Shown here piece after piece: positions 35,865-47,880 of a DNA stretch of 64,000 nucleotides (position 1 is the stretch's first letter; every line of letters begins with the position of its first letter). The notes beneath the pieces were generated by a model. The model made no database searches. It was not told the DNA's origin and was given only the letters and a program-made list of their open reading frames with translations. This DNA is from Octopus vulgaris. Taxonomy: Eukaryota. The stretch lies in contig OX597841.1 of NCBI GenBank assembly GCA_951406725.2, forward strand, positions 22,878,001 to 22,942,000, in the 5' to 3' direction. Both the position numbers and the translations under genes were made by a program.

Positions 35865-36809
35865 ATTCGATAATGAAACGGTAAACTATTATGTCTGTTT
35901 AATATTCTATGTTTTCTTCACCATTGACTGGACTCTCCTAACATGCCTCCCAGTTTGATAAAACGCAATTGAACGGTGCTCGTCAGACATCGATATTGAT
36001 TCGATTCTCCACCCCTTTTCCGAAGGGACTTGCATTTTAAACATCCCTCTGAAGGGTTCCGCTCCTTAATTCTACTATACATACACACGCACACACATTT
36101 ATCTCTCTATCCACATATATACTCTTTGACTCTTTTACTTGTTTCAGTCATTTGACTGCGGCCATGCTGGAGCACCGCCTTTTAGTCGAGCAAATCAACC
36201 CCGGGACGTATTCTTTGTAAGCCTAGTACTTATTGTATCGGTCTCTTTGGCCGAACCGCTAAGTGACGGGGACGTAAACACACCAGCATCGGTTGTCAGA
36301 CACACAAACATCGTAGGATCGACTACTTACGACTAGCTATAGCGGACGCGCGACTGTGCGCACCGGGTCCAGTCTTCACTAGTAGTACCCCAGTAATTTT
36401 GCAAACACACAAAAACGAGTGATTACAATACCTTGCTTTCGCTTACGTGCAGGAGTTGCAAAGAGCCAAGCTTTTGTATCAAGTCTTCAAATTCGAGGGT
36501 GGAAATGAAAAGCGAATAAATATTAGTGGGAATCATGATTCTTTCACTTGTAGTTTGGTATGTGTAGGGCAATCTTTGCTTTTGTAAATTCCGTAAATTC
36601 ACTGAACCAGCATTTAATACAGACTTTCCTATCATTTATGTGGAAAATTAGAAATATAGCATATAAAGAATTCTTACACTTTTGATCCATAGAGTATATT
36701 GGCCATGATACTGGGGTAGGTGGCCAGGTCTTTCCCCAGGCCAGAGCCATTTAGCCAGCATACTTACCATATGCCGTTGCCACCCCCAGCACCACGGTGA
36801 GGAGAACGG

Positions 36810-36946
36810 TTGGACTTTGGAGTCAAGAGTGATACCAGAATGGACATAGCCAATCTGAAAGAAGCGGCCCAGGATAGAACTGACTGGAGGACACTGATCC
36901 AGCGAGTGACCGAGAGTCGACTTCGACTGAGCGGATAGAGAGAGAG
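36810..36946 (+). mobile_element. RTE-clade LINE 3' tip
   Basis: Translates as ..LKEAAQDRTDWRTLIQRVTESRLRLSG* followed by (GA)n. Confidence 0.65.
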
Positions 36947-37171
36947 CATATAAAGATAACTTATTTTCATAGAATTTTTATTAATACCTTTTTGTAAATG
37001 TTTTTCTTGCACACTCTCCCATCCCCCCCCCCCACACACACATGAATATAGGTTAAGAAAACTGTAAGTCTATGCTATAAGTTCTAAAAAGTATTATCTG
37101 CATGCAGGTTAATCATTGCCCCTCCAATGCCTTTCTTTTTCATCTTATCAAATTTAAAGCTTATTTATTCA

Positions 37172-38035
37172 TATAATAATAATAATAATAATAATGAAAT
37201 TATTGTATACAGTGCTCAGGTGCACCACATCTTGTCAGAAAGTGCATATAAAGTACATGCAGTAATGTAGAAATGTCTGGGAAGCGAACAGTGTATGAGT
37301 CAGATACATGCTTGTGTGTGTATGGAGGGGAGAAAATCAGGTGTAGTGTTGGCGAATAATATAATAATAATAATGAAATTATTGTATACAGTGCTCAGGT
37401 GCACCACAATTCGTCAGAAAGTGCATATAAAGCATATGCAGTAATGTACAAATGTCTGGAAAGCGAACAGTGTATGAGTCAGATACATGCTTATGTGTGT
37501 ATGGAGGGGAGAAAATCAGGTGTATTGTTGGCGAATAATATAATAATAATAATGAAATTATTGTATACAGTGCTCAGGTGCACCACAATTCGTCAGAAAG
37601 TGCATATAAAGTACATGCAGTAATGTACAAATGTCTGGAAAGCGAACAGTGTATGAGTCAGATACATGCTTGTGTGTGTATGGAGCGGAGAAAATCAGGT
37701 GTAGTGTTGGCGAATCTCAGGAAGCATGGAAGTTTTGAAGGATGCAGTGCTCCGACAACTAACAACTGATGCCGGCAGTTTGTTCCATGCTTCAGCAACT
37801 CTTAGCGTGAAAAAATGTTTCCTAAAAATCATGGGAGCTGTGCTGTTTTCTGACTTCGCAAACATGCCCACGTGTGTTAGATGGGTGGAGTTTGAAAAGG
37901 TGCTCAGAGTTATTGTTTGTAAGATGGTTAATAATTTTATGGGTGTCTGCCAAGTCAGCTGCCAGACGTTGGAGTTTCAATGTGTCCATGCCCAGGGAAG
38001 TAAGGCGTTCAGAATATGGCAAATGCCTGATGTTC
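37172..38035 (-). mobile_element. CR1-like LINE 3' fragment with a triplicated ~180 bp 3' UTR
   Basis: Minus strand reads LPYSERLTSLGMDTLKLQRLAADL; AATGAAATTATTGTATACAGTGCTC occurs three times. Confidence 0.85.
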
Positions 38036-38321
38036 ATGTTCGTTTCAAATTAATTATGTTTTGATGATGTGATTGTTTCTTTTAGGATAACATCATAGGG
38101 TAGGTGTGAGTGGTTTGAATATAGACAAGTAGAAAATATTTGCACCACTTTAAATGCTATGTTAAATATTTTCTATATCTTATACAGTATATCTCACACT
38201 ATTTTTCCATCTTATTTCAGAATATCATATAATGATTATGATTGAAGAAATGTTTTACTGAAGTTATATAATTGTTTACATAAATTTTTGGATAATTTAT
38301 TTTAATGAGAGGAGAAAAATT

Positions 38322-39173
38322 ATGGAAATTAAATTGTGTGAGAAGAAAGATGGATTTAAAACACAATCTAATGACATTGGTTTTCCTGATGATATAAAGA
38401 AGGACAAAGAAGGAACACCTTATCATTGTGATATATGTGATAAATCATTCTCTGCGAAATGCCATCTCAATAAACACAAACTTATTCATACAGGAGAGAG
38501 ACCACATCGTTGCGATATCTGTGGTAAATCATTTTCTCATAACCGGCATTTAATTGTTCACATGCGTGTTCATACTGGAGAGACACCGTATCACTGTGAT
38601 ATCTGTGACGAATCATTCTCTGCTGTATGCCACTTCAATAAACACAAATGTTTTCATCCCGGAAGGAGACCACATCAGTGCGATATCTGTGGTAAATCAT
38701 TTTCTCTGAAGTGTAATTTAACTATTCACATACGCATTCATACTGGAGAGAAACCGTATCACTGTGATGTCTGTGGCAAATCTTTCTCCGTAGGAAGCAG
38801 CTTGACTAAACACAAACGTATTCATACAGGAGAGAAACCATTCCACTGCGATCTCTGCGGGAAATCGTTCTCTGGCAGTAGTGACTTGACTCAACATAAA
38901 CGCTTTCATACAGGTGAAAAACCATATCAATGTGATATCTGTAGTAAATCATTCTCACAAAGTTCACACTTGACTGTACACAGACGTATTCACACGGGAG
39001 AAAAACCATATCAGTGTGATATCTGTGGTAAATCATTCTCTGAAAGTAGTCCGTTAACTCAGCATAAACGTGTTCATACAGGAGAGAAACCATATCACTG
39101 TGATATCTGTGACAAATCCTTCACTGCAATACGTAGTTTAACTAAACATAGAGATAGTCACACAGGGGACTGA
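38322..39173 (+). CDS. C2H2 zinc-finger protein, 9 fingers (ZNF-E, paralog 4)
   Basis: ATG start; acceptor TCTTATTTCAG at 38220; TGEKP-linked fingers. Confidence 0.9.
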   Translation: MEIKLCEKKDGFKTQSNDIGFPDDIKKDKEGTPYHCDICDKSFSAKCHLNKHKLIHTGERPHRCDICGKSFSHNRHLIVHMRVHTGETPYHCDICDESFSAVCHFNKHKCFHPGRRPHQCDICGKSFSLKCNLTIHIRIHTGEKPYHCDVCGKSFSVGSSLTKHKRIHTGEKPFHCDLCGKSFSGSSDLTQHKRFHTGEKPYQCDICSKSFSQSSHLTVHRRIHTGEKPYQCDICGKSFSESSPLTQHKRVHTGEKPYHCDICDKSFTAIRSLTKHRDSHTGD

Positions 39174-39228
39174 CCATATTTGTGTGATATCTGTGGTAAA
39201 TCATTCTCTGAAAATTGTCTATTAACTC

Positions 39229-39431
39229 TGGGCTTTCTCCGTCCGGGTTGCGGATCCATGGAATAAGCTGCCGGACGAGATAGTGAAGATGCTGACGACC
39301 GCTCGGTTCAAATTCTCTCTTGACCAGAAATGGCCTGAACTCTTTGCATGAACACACTCCCCGTACATAACTCCATGTCCCCCTACATGGCCTTGCTTTT
39401 TGCTTTTTGAGCCAAAAAATTTAACTTAACT
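39229..39431 (+). mobile_element. CR1-like LINE 3' tip at the same site as in ZNF-D
   Basis: Junctions match those of 31153-31335. Confidence 0.8.
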
Positions 39432-39729
39432 ATGTTCATACATGAGAGAAACCCTCTCACTTTAATGTCTGTAATAAACTAGTCATCCTGACATCCAGTA
39501 TGGTGGGTGTGGAGTGAAGAGGAGAAAATTATCAATAGGAGCTTTTTTCTGGGGTGTGTGACCATTGGTCCTCCCCTTCCATCTAGTTCTGTTTCATAGC
39601 ATGCCATATTCTTTTTTCCTTGTAATTAAAATACAATAAATAAAATTGTTTCAAGTGTGAAAATGACAGAAACTCTAATATAATTTCAAGATGTAGTCTC
39701 TTGTGATTGTTAACAGTAAGATTGTTTCT

Positions 39730-40270
39730 CTTTTTTACTCTTCTACTTGTTTCAGTCATTTGACTGCGGCCATGCTGGAGCAACGCCTTTAGTCGAGCAA
39801 ATCGACCCCGGGACTTATTCTTTGTAAGACCAGTACTTACTCTATCGGTCACTTTTGCCGAACCACTAAGTAATGGGGACATAAGCACACCAGCATCGGT
39901 TGTCAAGCAATGCTAGGGGGACAAACACAGACACACAAACACACACATATATATATATATATACATGCTTGCGTCGACTTTGCCTTTCATCCTTTCTGGG
40001 TCGATAAATTAAGTACCAGTTACGCACTGGGGTCGATGTAATTGACTTAATCCCTTTGTCTGTCCTTGTTTGTCCCCTCTGTGTTTAGCCCCTTGTGGGT
40101 AGTAAAGAAATATATATATATATATATACGACAGGCTTCTTTCACTTTCCGTCTACCAAATCCACTTACAAGGCATTGGTCAGCCCGGGGCTATAGCAGA
40201 AGACACTTACCCAAGGTGCCACAGTGGGACTGAACCCGGAACCATGTGGTTGGTTAGCAAGCTACTTACC
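39730..40270 (-). mobile_element. SINE family A with a family C fragment nested in its (TA)n tract
   Basis: A family C piece at ~39973-40112 interrupts the family A copy. Confidence 0.75.
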
Positions 40271-40884
40271 ACACAGCCACTCCTGCGCCTATTTATTCTC
40301 TCTATTCAGTATTCACCAAAACGGATCCGATTACACCATGTTACACGATCTTGTTTCGGTGGGTAGTAACTGTTATTTCCATGAAGGCGCGTGGCTCAGT
40401 GGTTAGAGCATCGAGCTTACAATCGTGAGGTTGTGAGCTCGAATCCCGGACCGGGCTGTGTGTTGTGTTCTTGAGCAAGACACTTTATTTCACGTTGCTC
40501 CAGTTCACTCAGCTGTAGAAATGAGTTGCGGAGTCACAGGTGCCAAGGTGTATCGACCCCTCTGCCTTTCCCTTGGATAACACTGGTGGCGTGGAGAGGG
40601 GAGGCCGGTATGCATGGGCGGCTGCATAAGTAAATTTATTTCCAGCCGACTATAACAAGCAAAAAGAATTGCTCTCTTTTCTTCTTTGAAGGAAAACTTC
40701 TTCGTATAGGGACACGGATTTGGAACTTCTGCCTCTTGTGAGGTAAGTACCCCTTTTCATTTGTTTAATTTCCTGTAATTCAATGTAACGTCTGAGTTAG
40801 GACCTCATCTCTGTTTAGATTCTGTTAATAATCTTTCAATTTGTTTCAGCGCCCGCTTCGCTTTTATCAATTTCTCACTACATC

Positions 40885-40917
<33 letters not shown>

Positions 40918-40985
40918 CTAGTTTCAGCTTATGAGCTGTGGCCATGCTGGGGCACCGCCATTTGGTGTTGCTACTTGGTTTCACT

Positions 40986-41360
40986 TCATGGAGGCTTTCT
41001 AGCAACTGCTATTTGGTGCATGAGAGAGTTCGATGCAGCTGCCCTCATCTGCCCCTCCTGCCGTGAAGTTGGTTCATCTGGGACACCTGACAGGAAGAGA
41101 TCCAGCTTCATTTTAAAGACATCTGTATCCACCCCATGCAGGTCTCTCAGGTTCTTCGGGAGGATATTGAAGAGCTGTGGGCCTCGGAAGCCCAGGCTAT
41201 CACAGAATCTTGTCCTACATCTTGATGGCAGGTTTGGAGTCCTAGGCACCACGCAGTGGCGCCCAGTTCTGGCATTTGCGTAACTCTCGATGCCAAAGTT
41301 CAGGACACTTCCCTCCAGGATCTTCCAGATGTATATTATGGCATATCTTTCCCGCATCTC
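40986..41360 (-). mobile_element. LINE ORF2 C-terminal fragment
   Basis: RERYAIIYIWKILEG...GPQLFNILPKNLRD...FKMKLDLFLSGVPDEP. Confidence 0.75.
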
Positions 41361-41424
41361 TTTAAAATTATTCAATTTTTAGATAGGTATATATTTATTT
41401 GATACTTTATTTATATATATATAT

Positions 41425-41812
41425 AGGCGCAGGAGTGGCTGTGTGGTAAGTAGCTTGCTTACCAACCACATGGTTCCGGGTTCAGTCCCACTGCGTGGCA
41501 TCTTGGGCAAGTGTCTTCAACTATAGCCTCGGGCCAACCAAAGCCTTGTGAGTGGATTTGGTAGACGGAAACTGAAAGAAGCCCGTCGTGTATATGTATG
41601 TATATATATGTGTGTGTATGTGTTTGTCCCCCTAGCATTGCTTGACGACCGATGCTGGTGTGTTTACGTCCCCGTCACTTAGCGGTTCGGCAAAAGAGAG
41701 CGATAGAATAAATACTGGGCTTACAAAGAATAAGTCCCGGGGTCGATTTGTTCGACTAAAGGCGGTGCTCCAGCATGGCCGCAGTCAAATGACTGACACA
41801 AGTAAAAGAGTA
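41425..41812 (+). mobile_element. SINE family A, full length
   Basis: Runs from the GGCGCAGGAGTGGCTGTGTGG head to AAGTAAAAGAGTA. Confidence 0.85.
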
Positions 41813-42133
41813 TATTTACTCAGCCTCTCAATCTTCCTAAATATATAGACGCGAACATTAGAAATATAGTCGTAATTAGTTAAGAAGAAAACTTTCGTAG
41901 TTACGGATAGATAGATATTTATAATTAGCTTAGAAGAGAACTTTCGTAGCTGCAGATAGATATATATTTATTTGTTGCATAACCTCCTCTCTTTCATTTC
42001 TTTCTCTCTCTGTCTCTTCACTTCTCTCTGTCACACCATCTTTCCTCTCTCGGCCTCTCAATCTTTCTAAATATATAGACGCGAACTTTCTCCTCTCACT
42101 CTCTCTTACTCTCTTTTTATCTTCTCTCAGCTC

Positions 42134-42425
42134 TCATCATCATCGTTCATCATTTAGCGTCCGCTTTCCATGCTAGCATGGGTTGGACGGTTCAACTGGG
42201 GTCTTGGAAGCCAGAAGGCTGCACCAGGCACCAGTCTGATCTGGCAGTGTTTCTACAGCTGGATGCCCTTCCTAACGCCAACCACTCCGTGAGTGTAGTG
42301 GGTGCTTTTTACGTGCCACCGACACAGGTGCCAGACGAGGCTGGCAAACGGCCACAATCGGATGGTGCTTTTTACGTGCCACCGGCATGGGGGCCAGGCA
42401 AGGCTGGCAAACGGCCACAATCGGT
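42134..42425 (-). mobile_element. Retroposon family D
   Basis: (CAT)n tail followed by the reverse complement of the family D body. Confidence 0.75.
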
Positions 42426-42597
42426 TGGTGCATTGTGCTGACGGAGATAATCCGAACAACATAATTACAGCTGCGCTGAAGAGCAATGGTTACACAAGGA
42501 CGCCACCTGCCCCAAAATGGAGGTACGCAGATGTAGTGCGTGTCACAAACCATCAACATGTTATTGAAAGGGCAGCTGCTGAACAAGAATCTTTTTT

Positions 42598-43935
42598 GTG
42601 CATGGCACAAAAGATTGTACAGCAGCTAACCTGGCTCCCTCAAACTCAAACTCACAGATGGGACTATCCACAATACACAAGACCACCACAACAAATAGAC
42701 CCAAGCTGGACACCACTGGCAACAACACACACATCACCTTGATGCCCCTACTGAGCATCAGAGGACTGCTAACACTCAGTAACAGGACAAAAATCCCTTT
42801 CTTGAGAGACCTTGTTGCATGCAATCAAACCTTATGCATAGCACTTACGGAAACACACCTGAAACCGGACATAGCAGATGCAGAAATACACATACCACAG
42901 TATGTTGTATTACAGACCTACAGAAAAGAAAGGAGCCATGGTGGAGTTGCTATGTACATCCACGAGGACCTCACATCCCAGGTCCTTTTGTCAAACTCAA
43001 ATTCGGTGTGTGACACACTAATTGTATATATAAGGCAACTTGGTGTAGTTATATGTGCTACATATCGCCCTCCAGATGCTCCAAGCCATGTAGGCAAGTT
43101 TGAAGACTGCCTTATAAAAATAGAAGTTCTAACCACATTAGAACAACACATAAGTGTACTTCTTATGGGAGACTTCAATCTGCCCAGTGTCAGATGGCCC
43201 GAGGGCCTTTCTCTCCCAGGAATGACAAGATGTGAACGAGGACAGACGAGGTCCCTCCTGAACCTCATCAACACCCTGTACATGGAGCAGGTAATACTCC
43301 AACCAACCAGGGCAGGTAACACACTGGATCTCTGCTTCACAAATGACATGGATCTCATCCATAATGTGAAAGTGACACCGACACTACTCTCGGATCACAA
43401 CATGGTAGAGTTGACCATGTACGGACCAAAGGAAAGCATGGACATGCAGTCTACAAGAAACTCTCAGAATCTTTCCAGCTTGAACTTCCATAAGGCAAAC
43501 TGGAAACAAATTGAGAAAGAGATCCTCAAACAAAACTGGCCTGAATGTCTCTCCTTGCCAGACATCGACATGAAACGTCAACAATTCATGTCTGTAATGC
43601 AAGCCATATGCTACAAATGTGTCCCAGAGAGAAAGGCCACTGTACACAAGAGGAAAATTCTAATGAGACGGCGTACAAAAGTTTCAAATCACCTAAACAA
43701 ACAAATTGAAAGCAGTGAAAAGTCCCGCCTGAAAATAAAACTGTTGGAAATTGAAAATTGTCTGCAACTCTCTCATGAAAAAGAAAGAGCAGACAAAGAA
43801 GCCTGGGCTATAGACAACATAAAATCTAACCCCAGAGCTTTCTACAAGTTTGCCAAAGAAACAGCTACAGTGCACTGTAGGATAGGGCCACACCTTGAAA
43901 AAGATGGTACACTCACAGGAAATCCAATGATTTAA
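42598..43935 (+). pseudogene. LINE ORF2 N-terminal AP-endonuclease fragment, truncated before the RT domain
   Basis: Motifs IRGL, IALTETHL, GGVAMYI, YRPP, MGDFNLP, TRAGNTLDL and SDH. Confidence 0.85.
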
Positions 43936-44011
43936 AGCTTTCCCTAATTATCAATCTCCTGTCTGCATCCTGGTTAGTTTATTGCTATATATCCTGCTGT
44001 TTATTTCATTT

Positions 44012-44111
44012 GTCCCCTACATGTGTTTCGCCATTGTGGTTTCTTGGAATTTCACCAGTAAATGCTCCAAGTGCAAAGGGGTGCTTAACCACAACGGGTC
44101 ATCAGGGAAAC
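44012..44111 (-). ncRNA. Hammerhead ribozyme motif with long stem II
   Basis: Minus strand: GTTTCC-CTGATGA-C-CCGTTGTGGTT...AACCACAATGG-C-GAAA-CACAT-GTA-GGGGAC. Confidence 0.65.
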
Positions 44112-44919
44112 ACTATACTGCAACTGTGTTACAAAGAACTGAAGTCTGAAGTTGGGTGGATGTCAAGACATTCTACAAGTATTCAGAGATTAGAATAGAA
44201 ATGAATTAACCCTTTTGTTACCATATTTCTGTTGAGATGCTCTGTGTTTCTTTCAATTGATTATAAATATAACAAAGAATTTAGTAAAATAACTTTATTA
44301 CCATTCAGCTAGTGTTAGGATCATAAATTATAACAAAATATAACAAAGAATTTAGTAAAATAACTTAGTTATCATAGGCAGATGAACGTTAGAAGCAGTT
44401 GAAAGGGTGAGGACAGTAGGAAATTTAGGCTATTATTTCTAGGACATAGAGTGACCACATTGAGGTCTCCTCTCATGTCTTCTGCTGGTTACCATATTTC
44501 TGTTGAGAAGCTCTGTGTTTCTTTCAATTATTTTAAATATAACAAAGAATTTAGGAAAATAACTTCGTTATCATAGGCAGATGGACATTAGAAGCAGTTG
44601 AAAGGGTGAGGATTTAAGGAAATTTAGGCTATTATTTCTAGCACATAGATTGACCATATTGAGGTCTCCTTCTCTCATGTCTTCTGCTGATTATTTTTCT
44701 TCTTAACCATTTTGTTACCATATTTCTGTTGAGATGCTCTGTGTTTCTTTCAATTACTTTAAATATAACAAAGAATTTAGTAAAATAACTTTATTACCAT
44801 TCAGCTAGTGTTAGAATCATAAATTATAACAAAATATAACAAAGAATTTAGTAAAATAACTTGGAGGAGGTGGCTTTGTTCCAGGTAATAAGTGTGAACT
44901 AATAAAGTGTGTGTGTATG

Positions 44920-44977
<58 letters not shown>

Positions 44978-44981
<4 letters not shown>

Positions 44982-45529
44982 GACATGCAGGAAGTAAATA
45001 GACAACTTCAATTTTCAAAATTTCTGATCTAAGCATCTTAATGTTTTCAGCAGTGTAGAATTTACAATGTAATTATTCTTTTTCATTCCAGGTGCCATTA
45101 TATTAAACATTTGTGAAGAGTAACCATGCCATGCACAAAAAATTCAGCACAACTGTCAGATTTTCAAAGAGGTCGTATTGTTGGGCAATCTGAGGCTGGT
45201 CTTAGCCAGCGAAAAATTGCCGAAAATCTTCAAATTCCTCTTGCTACTGTTAATAGAATTATAGTGCAATTCAAAAGCCCCGGCAGCCGAACTGGGCCCT
45301 CGGAAAAGAAGCTTCGCTGTTTGAAAAGAATTGTGGAAAATGAACCCTGTTCGAAGGCTTCTGACATTGCAAAACAGCTAGAAGTTAGTCCAAGAACATG
45401 TGTTACATATCTGCATAAGCTTGGGTATTATGGACGAGCAGCTAGAAGAAAACCTCTCCTTCAACCAATTAATATCAAATAAAAGATTTTGAAAATTAAA
45501 GGTGTCTATTTACTTCCTGCATGTCTGTG
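44978..45529 (+). mobile_element. Internally deleted Tc1/mariner element with a transposase HTH remnant (45126-45482)
   Basis: TIR CACAGACATGCAGGAAGTAAATAGACA is mirrored at the right end before TA; the ORF reads LSDFQRGRIVG...SQRKIA...ARRKPLL. Confidence 0.85.
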
Positions 45530-45651
45530 TATATATCCTTGTTCCAGGTAATAAAAGTTTGAACTAATAAAGTGTGTGTATATATATATATGTAAAAGAA
45601 AAAAAAAATTGTACTTAGTAAGAATTGAACTTCCTCTGTGTAGTTTCCTTC

Positions 45652-46052
45652 TCTATCCCAGCAAAAGTTCAACCATCAAAATAGGTTTAAATATCTCATA
45701 AATACCTCTGCTATTGGGCCCCTGCCAGGTGGGGGAGTGGGTTAGGATGTTGGACCTGAGAGCTGGGGGATCCAGGTTCAATATCAGTTCAAGGGTGGCA
45801 GAGATCCTGGGTCTAGGTAGATAGCTTTTTACATTTTTTAAAATTCGTCTTTAAAAAAAAAGTATAAAAAGCTACCTACCTGGACCCAGGATCTCTACAA
45901 CCCTTCAACAGGTATTGAACCTCTATCCCCCAGCTCTCCAGCTCTCCAGTCCAACATCCTAATCCACTCCCCCACCTGGCAGGGGCCCAATAGTGGAGGT
46001 ATTTATGAGATATTTAAACCTATTTTCATGGTTGAACTTTTGCTGGGATAGA
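45652..46052. repeat. ~400 bp near-perfect palindrome (foldback element)
   Basis: TCTATCCCAGCAAAAGTTCAACCAT and ATGGTTGAACTTTTGCTGGGATAGA are inverted, with the centre near 45848. Confidence 0.9.
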
Positions 46053-46715
46053 TTTAAGTATATTAAAATTTTAGTAATTTTAGTGTGGGTGTCTTGGTGG
46101 TTGTGTGGGTAAAGACAGGAAAAAAAAATACCAGCTTTAGAAATTTTTTTAAAATGTAGACAGTGAGTTCAATTCTTTCTTAGCTCTCACAATTTTTTTT
46201 TTTATTATACACACACACATACTAGCTTTAGAAAAATTTTCAATGTAGACAGAGTGGGTTCAATTCTTTCTTAGCACTCACAATTTTTTTTTTATTTTTT
46301 ATATACACACACACACACACTTTATTAGTACATATATCTTTTAAGTCATTTTAAACACAGGGCGAATCCTCAAAAGTTCTTGGCTTTGAGGGTAGTGCTG
46401 TTACCACCACAGTACAAGTTACTCAAAAATAAAAAAATCATGATGGTATACAATATCTTTCTCTTTCTTGCAGATTTAACACATAATGGCAACTTCTCCA
46501 ATAGATTTTGGTAAAATTAAAGCACGGGTGGTCACGATGTTCTTTTTTCAAGGCAAAGGAACAACAGAAATCCATGGCAAGACGAAGGAAGTCTTGAAGG
46601 ATGGTTGTCCATCTTACTCCACAGTGAAAATCTAGGCATCGAGGTAACAGACTGGTCATTTTGACATCACAGATGACCCCTAGTCAGCTTTCACAATTGC
46701 AGAGGATAAAGATGC

Positions 46716-47180
46716 TAGTTAGTTAGTTAATTTGGCTCAAAAGCAAATAGCAAGGCCATGTAGGGGGACATGGAGTTAAGTACAGGGTGGTGTTCATGTA
46801 AAGAGTTCAGACCACTTGAGGTCAAGGGAGGCTTTGAACAAAGCGGTCATCGGCATCTTCACCATCTCGTCTGGCAGCTTATTCCACGGATCCGCAACCC
46901 GGACGGAGAAAGCTCCTCTCCTTCGATTGAGATGAAATCGTCGCAGGTAGAGCTTTTCGGAATGACCCCGCAGCCGACGCTCTGGAGCAGGAGTGAAGAA
47001 CAGCTCTTTCGAGAGGTTACACTTTCTGCTTATGATGTTGTGGGCGAGAATGAGATCACCACGGCGGCGGCGTTTTTCAAGAGAATAAAGGTCGAGCGTC
47101 CTCAGCCTTTCTTCATAGGACAAATTTTTGAGTCCGTGAACCATGCGAGTTGCCAGCTTCTGGACTCTTTCGAGATGATT
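46716..47180 (-). mobile_element. CR1-like LINE 3' fragment of the 2092-2560 family
   Basis: ORF 46794-47144 reads LSYEERLRTLDLYSLEKRRRRGDL. Confidence 0.85.
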
Positions 47181-47460
47181 CAGTGCACGTCATAATTCTC
47201 AAGGACTGACAGATTTCAGCTGATGCCATAGCCGAGACTGAGAATTTCCTGCAAAAGACTTTGCCATATCATCCACAATATTCCTTTCTTATCATTCTCT
47301 CTCCCTTTTGTTTTTCCTCTTAATCCTCTCAATCAATGAGTGGTAGGCTCAAAACATGAGAGATTTCCATTCTCCCTGAGCGTTAAACTAATACACCTGC
47401 TTGTTGTTCCCTTCACCCGCCTTTGTCTTGTTTTCTGTGAATATAAACTATATATATATA

Positions 47461-47591
47461 CAGGGTGTCCCAAAAAAATGTATACACATAGTGGTTCAGC
47501 AAAAGAGAACGATAGAATAAGTACTAGGCTTACAAAGAATAACAAATTTACAATTATTTAAGGTGTGTATACATTTTTTGGGGACACCCTG
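47461..47591. mobile_element. Tc1/mariner-type mini-MITE carrying a SINE family A fragment
   Basis: TA-CAGGGTGTCCCAAAAAA...TTTTTGGGACACCCTG-TA. Confidence 0.8.
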
Positions 47592-47780
47592 TATGTATAA
47601 ATTAAATTAGAGATAAAACCACTATTAGGCAAATCAAACATAAAAATAAAAATAATATAATAAATAAAATTTTAATTATTTAAATTTAAAATTATTAATT
47701 TATATTTATTTAATTTTTTTTTATAATTATATATAACATTTCAAAAAAGTATTAAAAAGTTTATTATAAGATAAGTAAAA

Positions 47781-47880
47781 CCACTACGTACGTTTCATGG
47801 CCATAACCTAATTCGAATTACAATAATTTAATTTAAATTCAATTATGAATTCGAATTATGGTTATAGTCAATCTTCAGGT
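47781..47880 (-). ncRNA. Hammerhead ribozyme motif with long stem II and weakened stem I
   Basis: Minus strand: AC-CTGAAGA-T-TGACTATAACC..AATTCGAATT...AATTCGAATT..GGTTATGGCCA-T-GAAA-CGTAC-GTA-GT. Confidence 0.55.

Noticed and set aside
42598-43935. The 445 aa ORF as a host gene
   Set aside because: It is a LINE AP-endonuclease region truncated before the RT domain, with no sign of domestication visible here.
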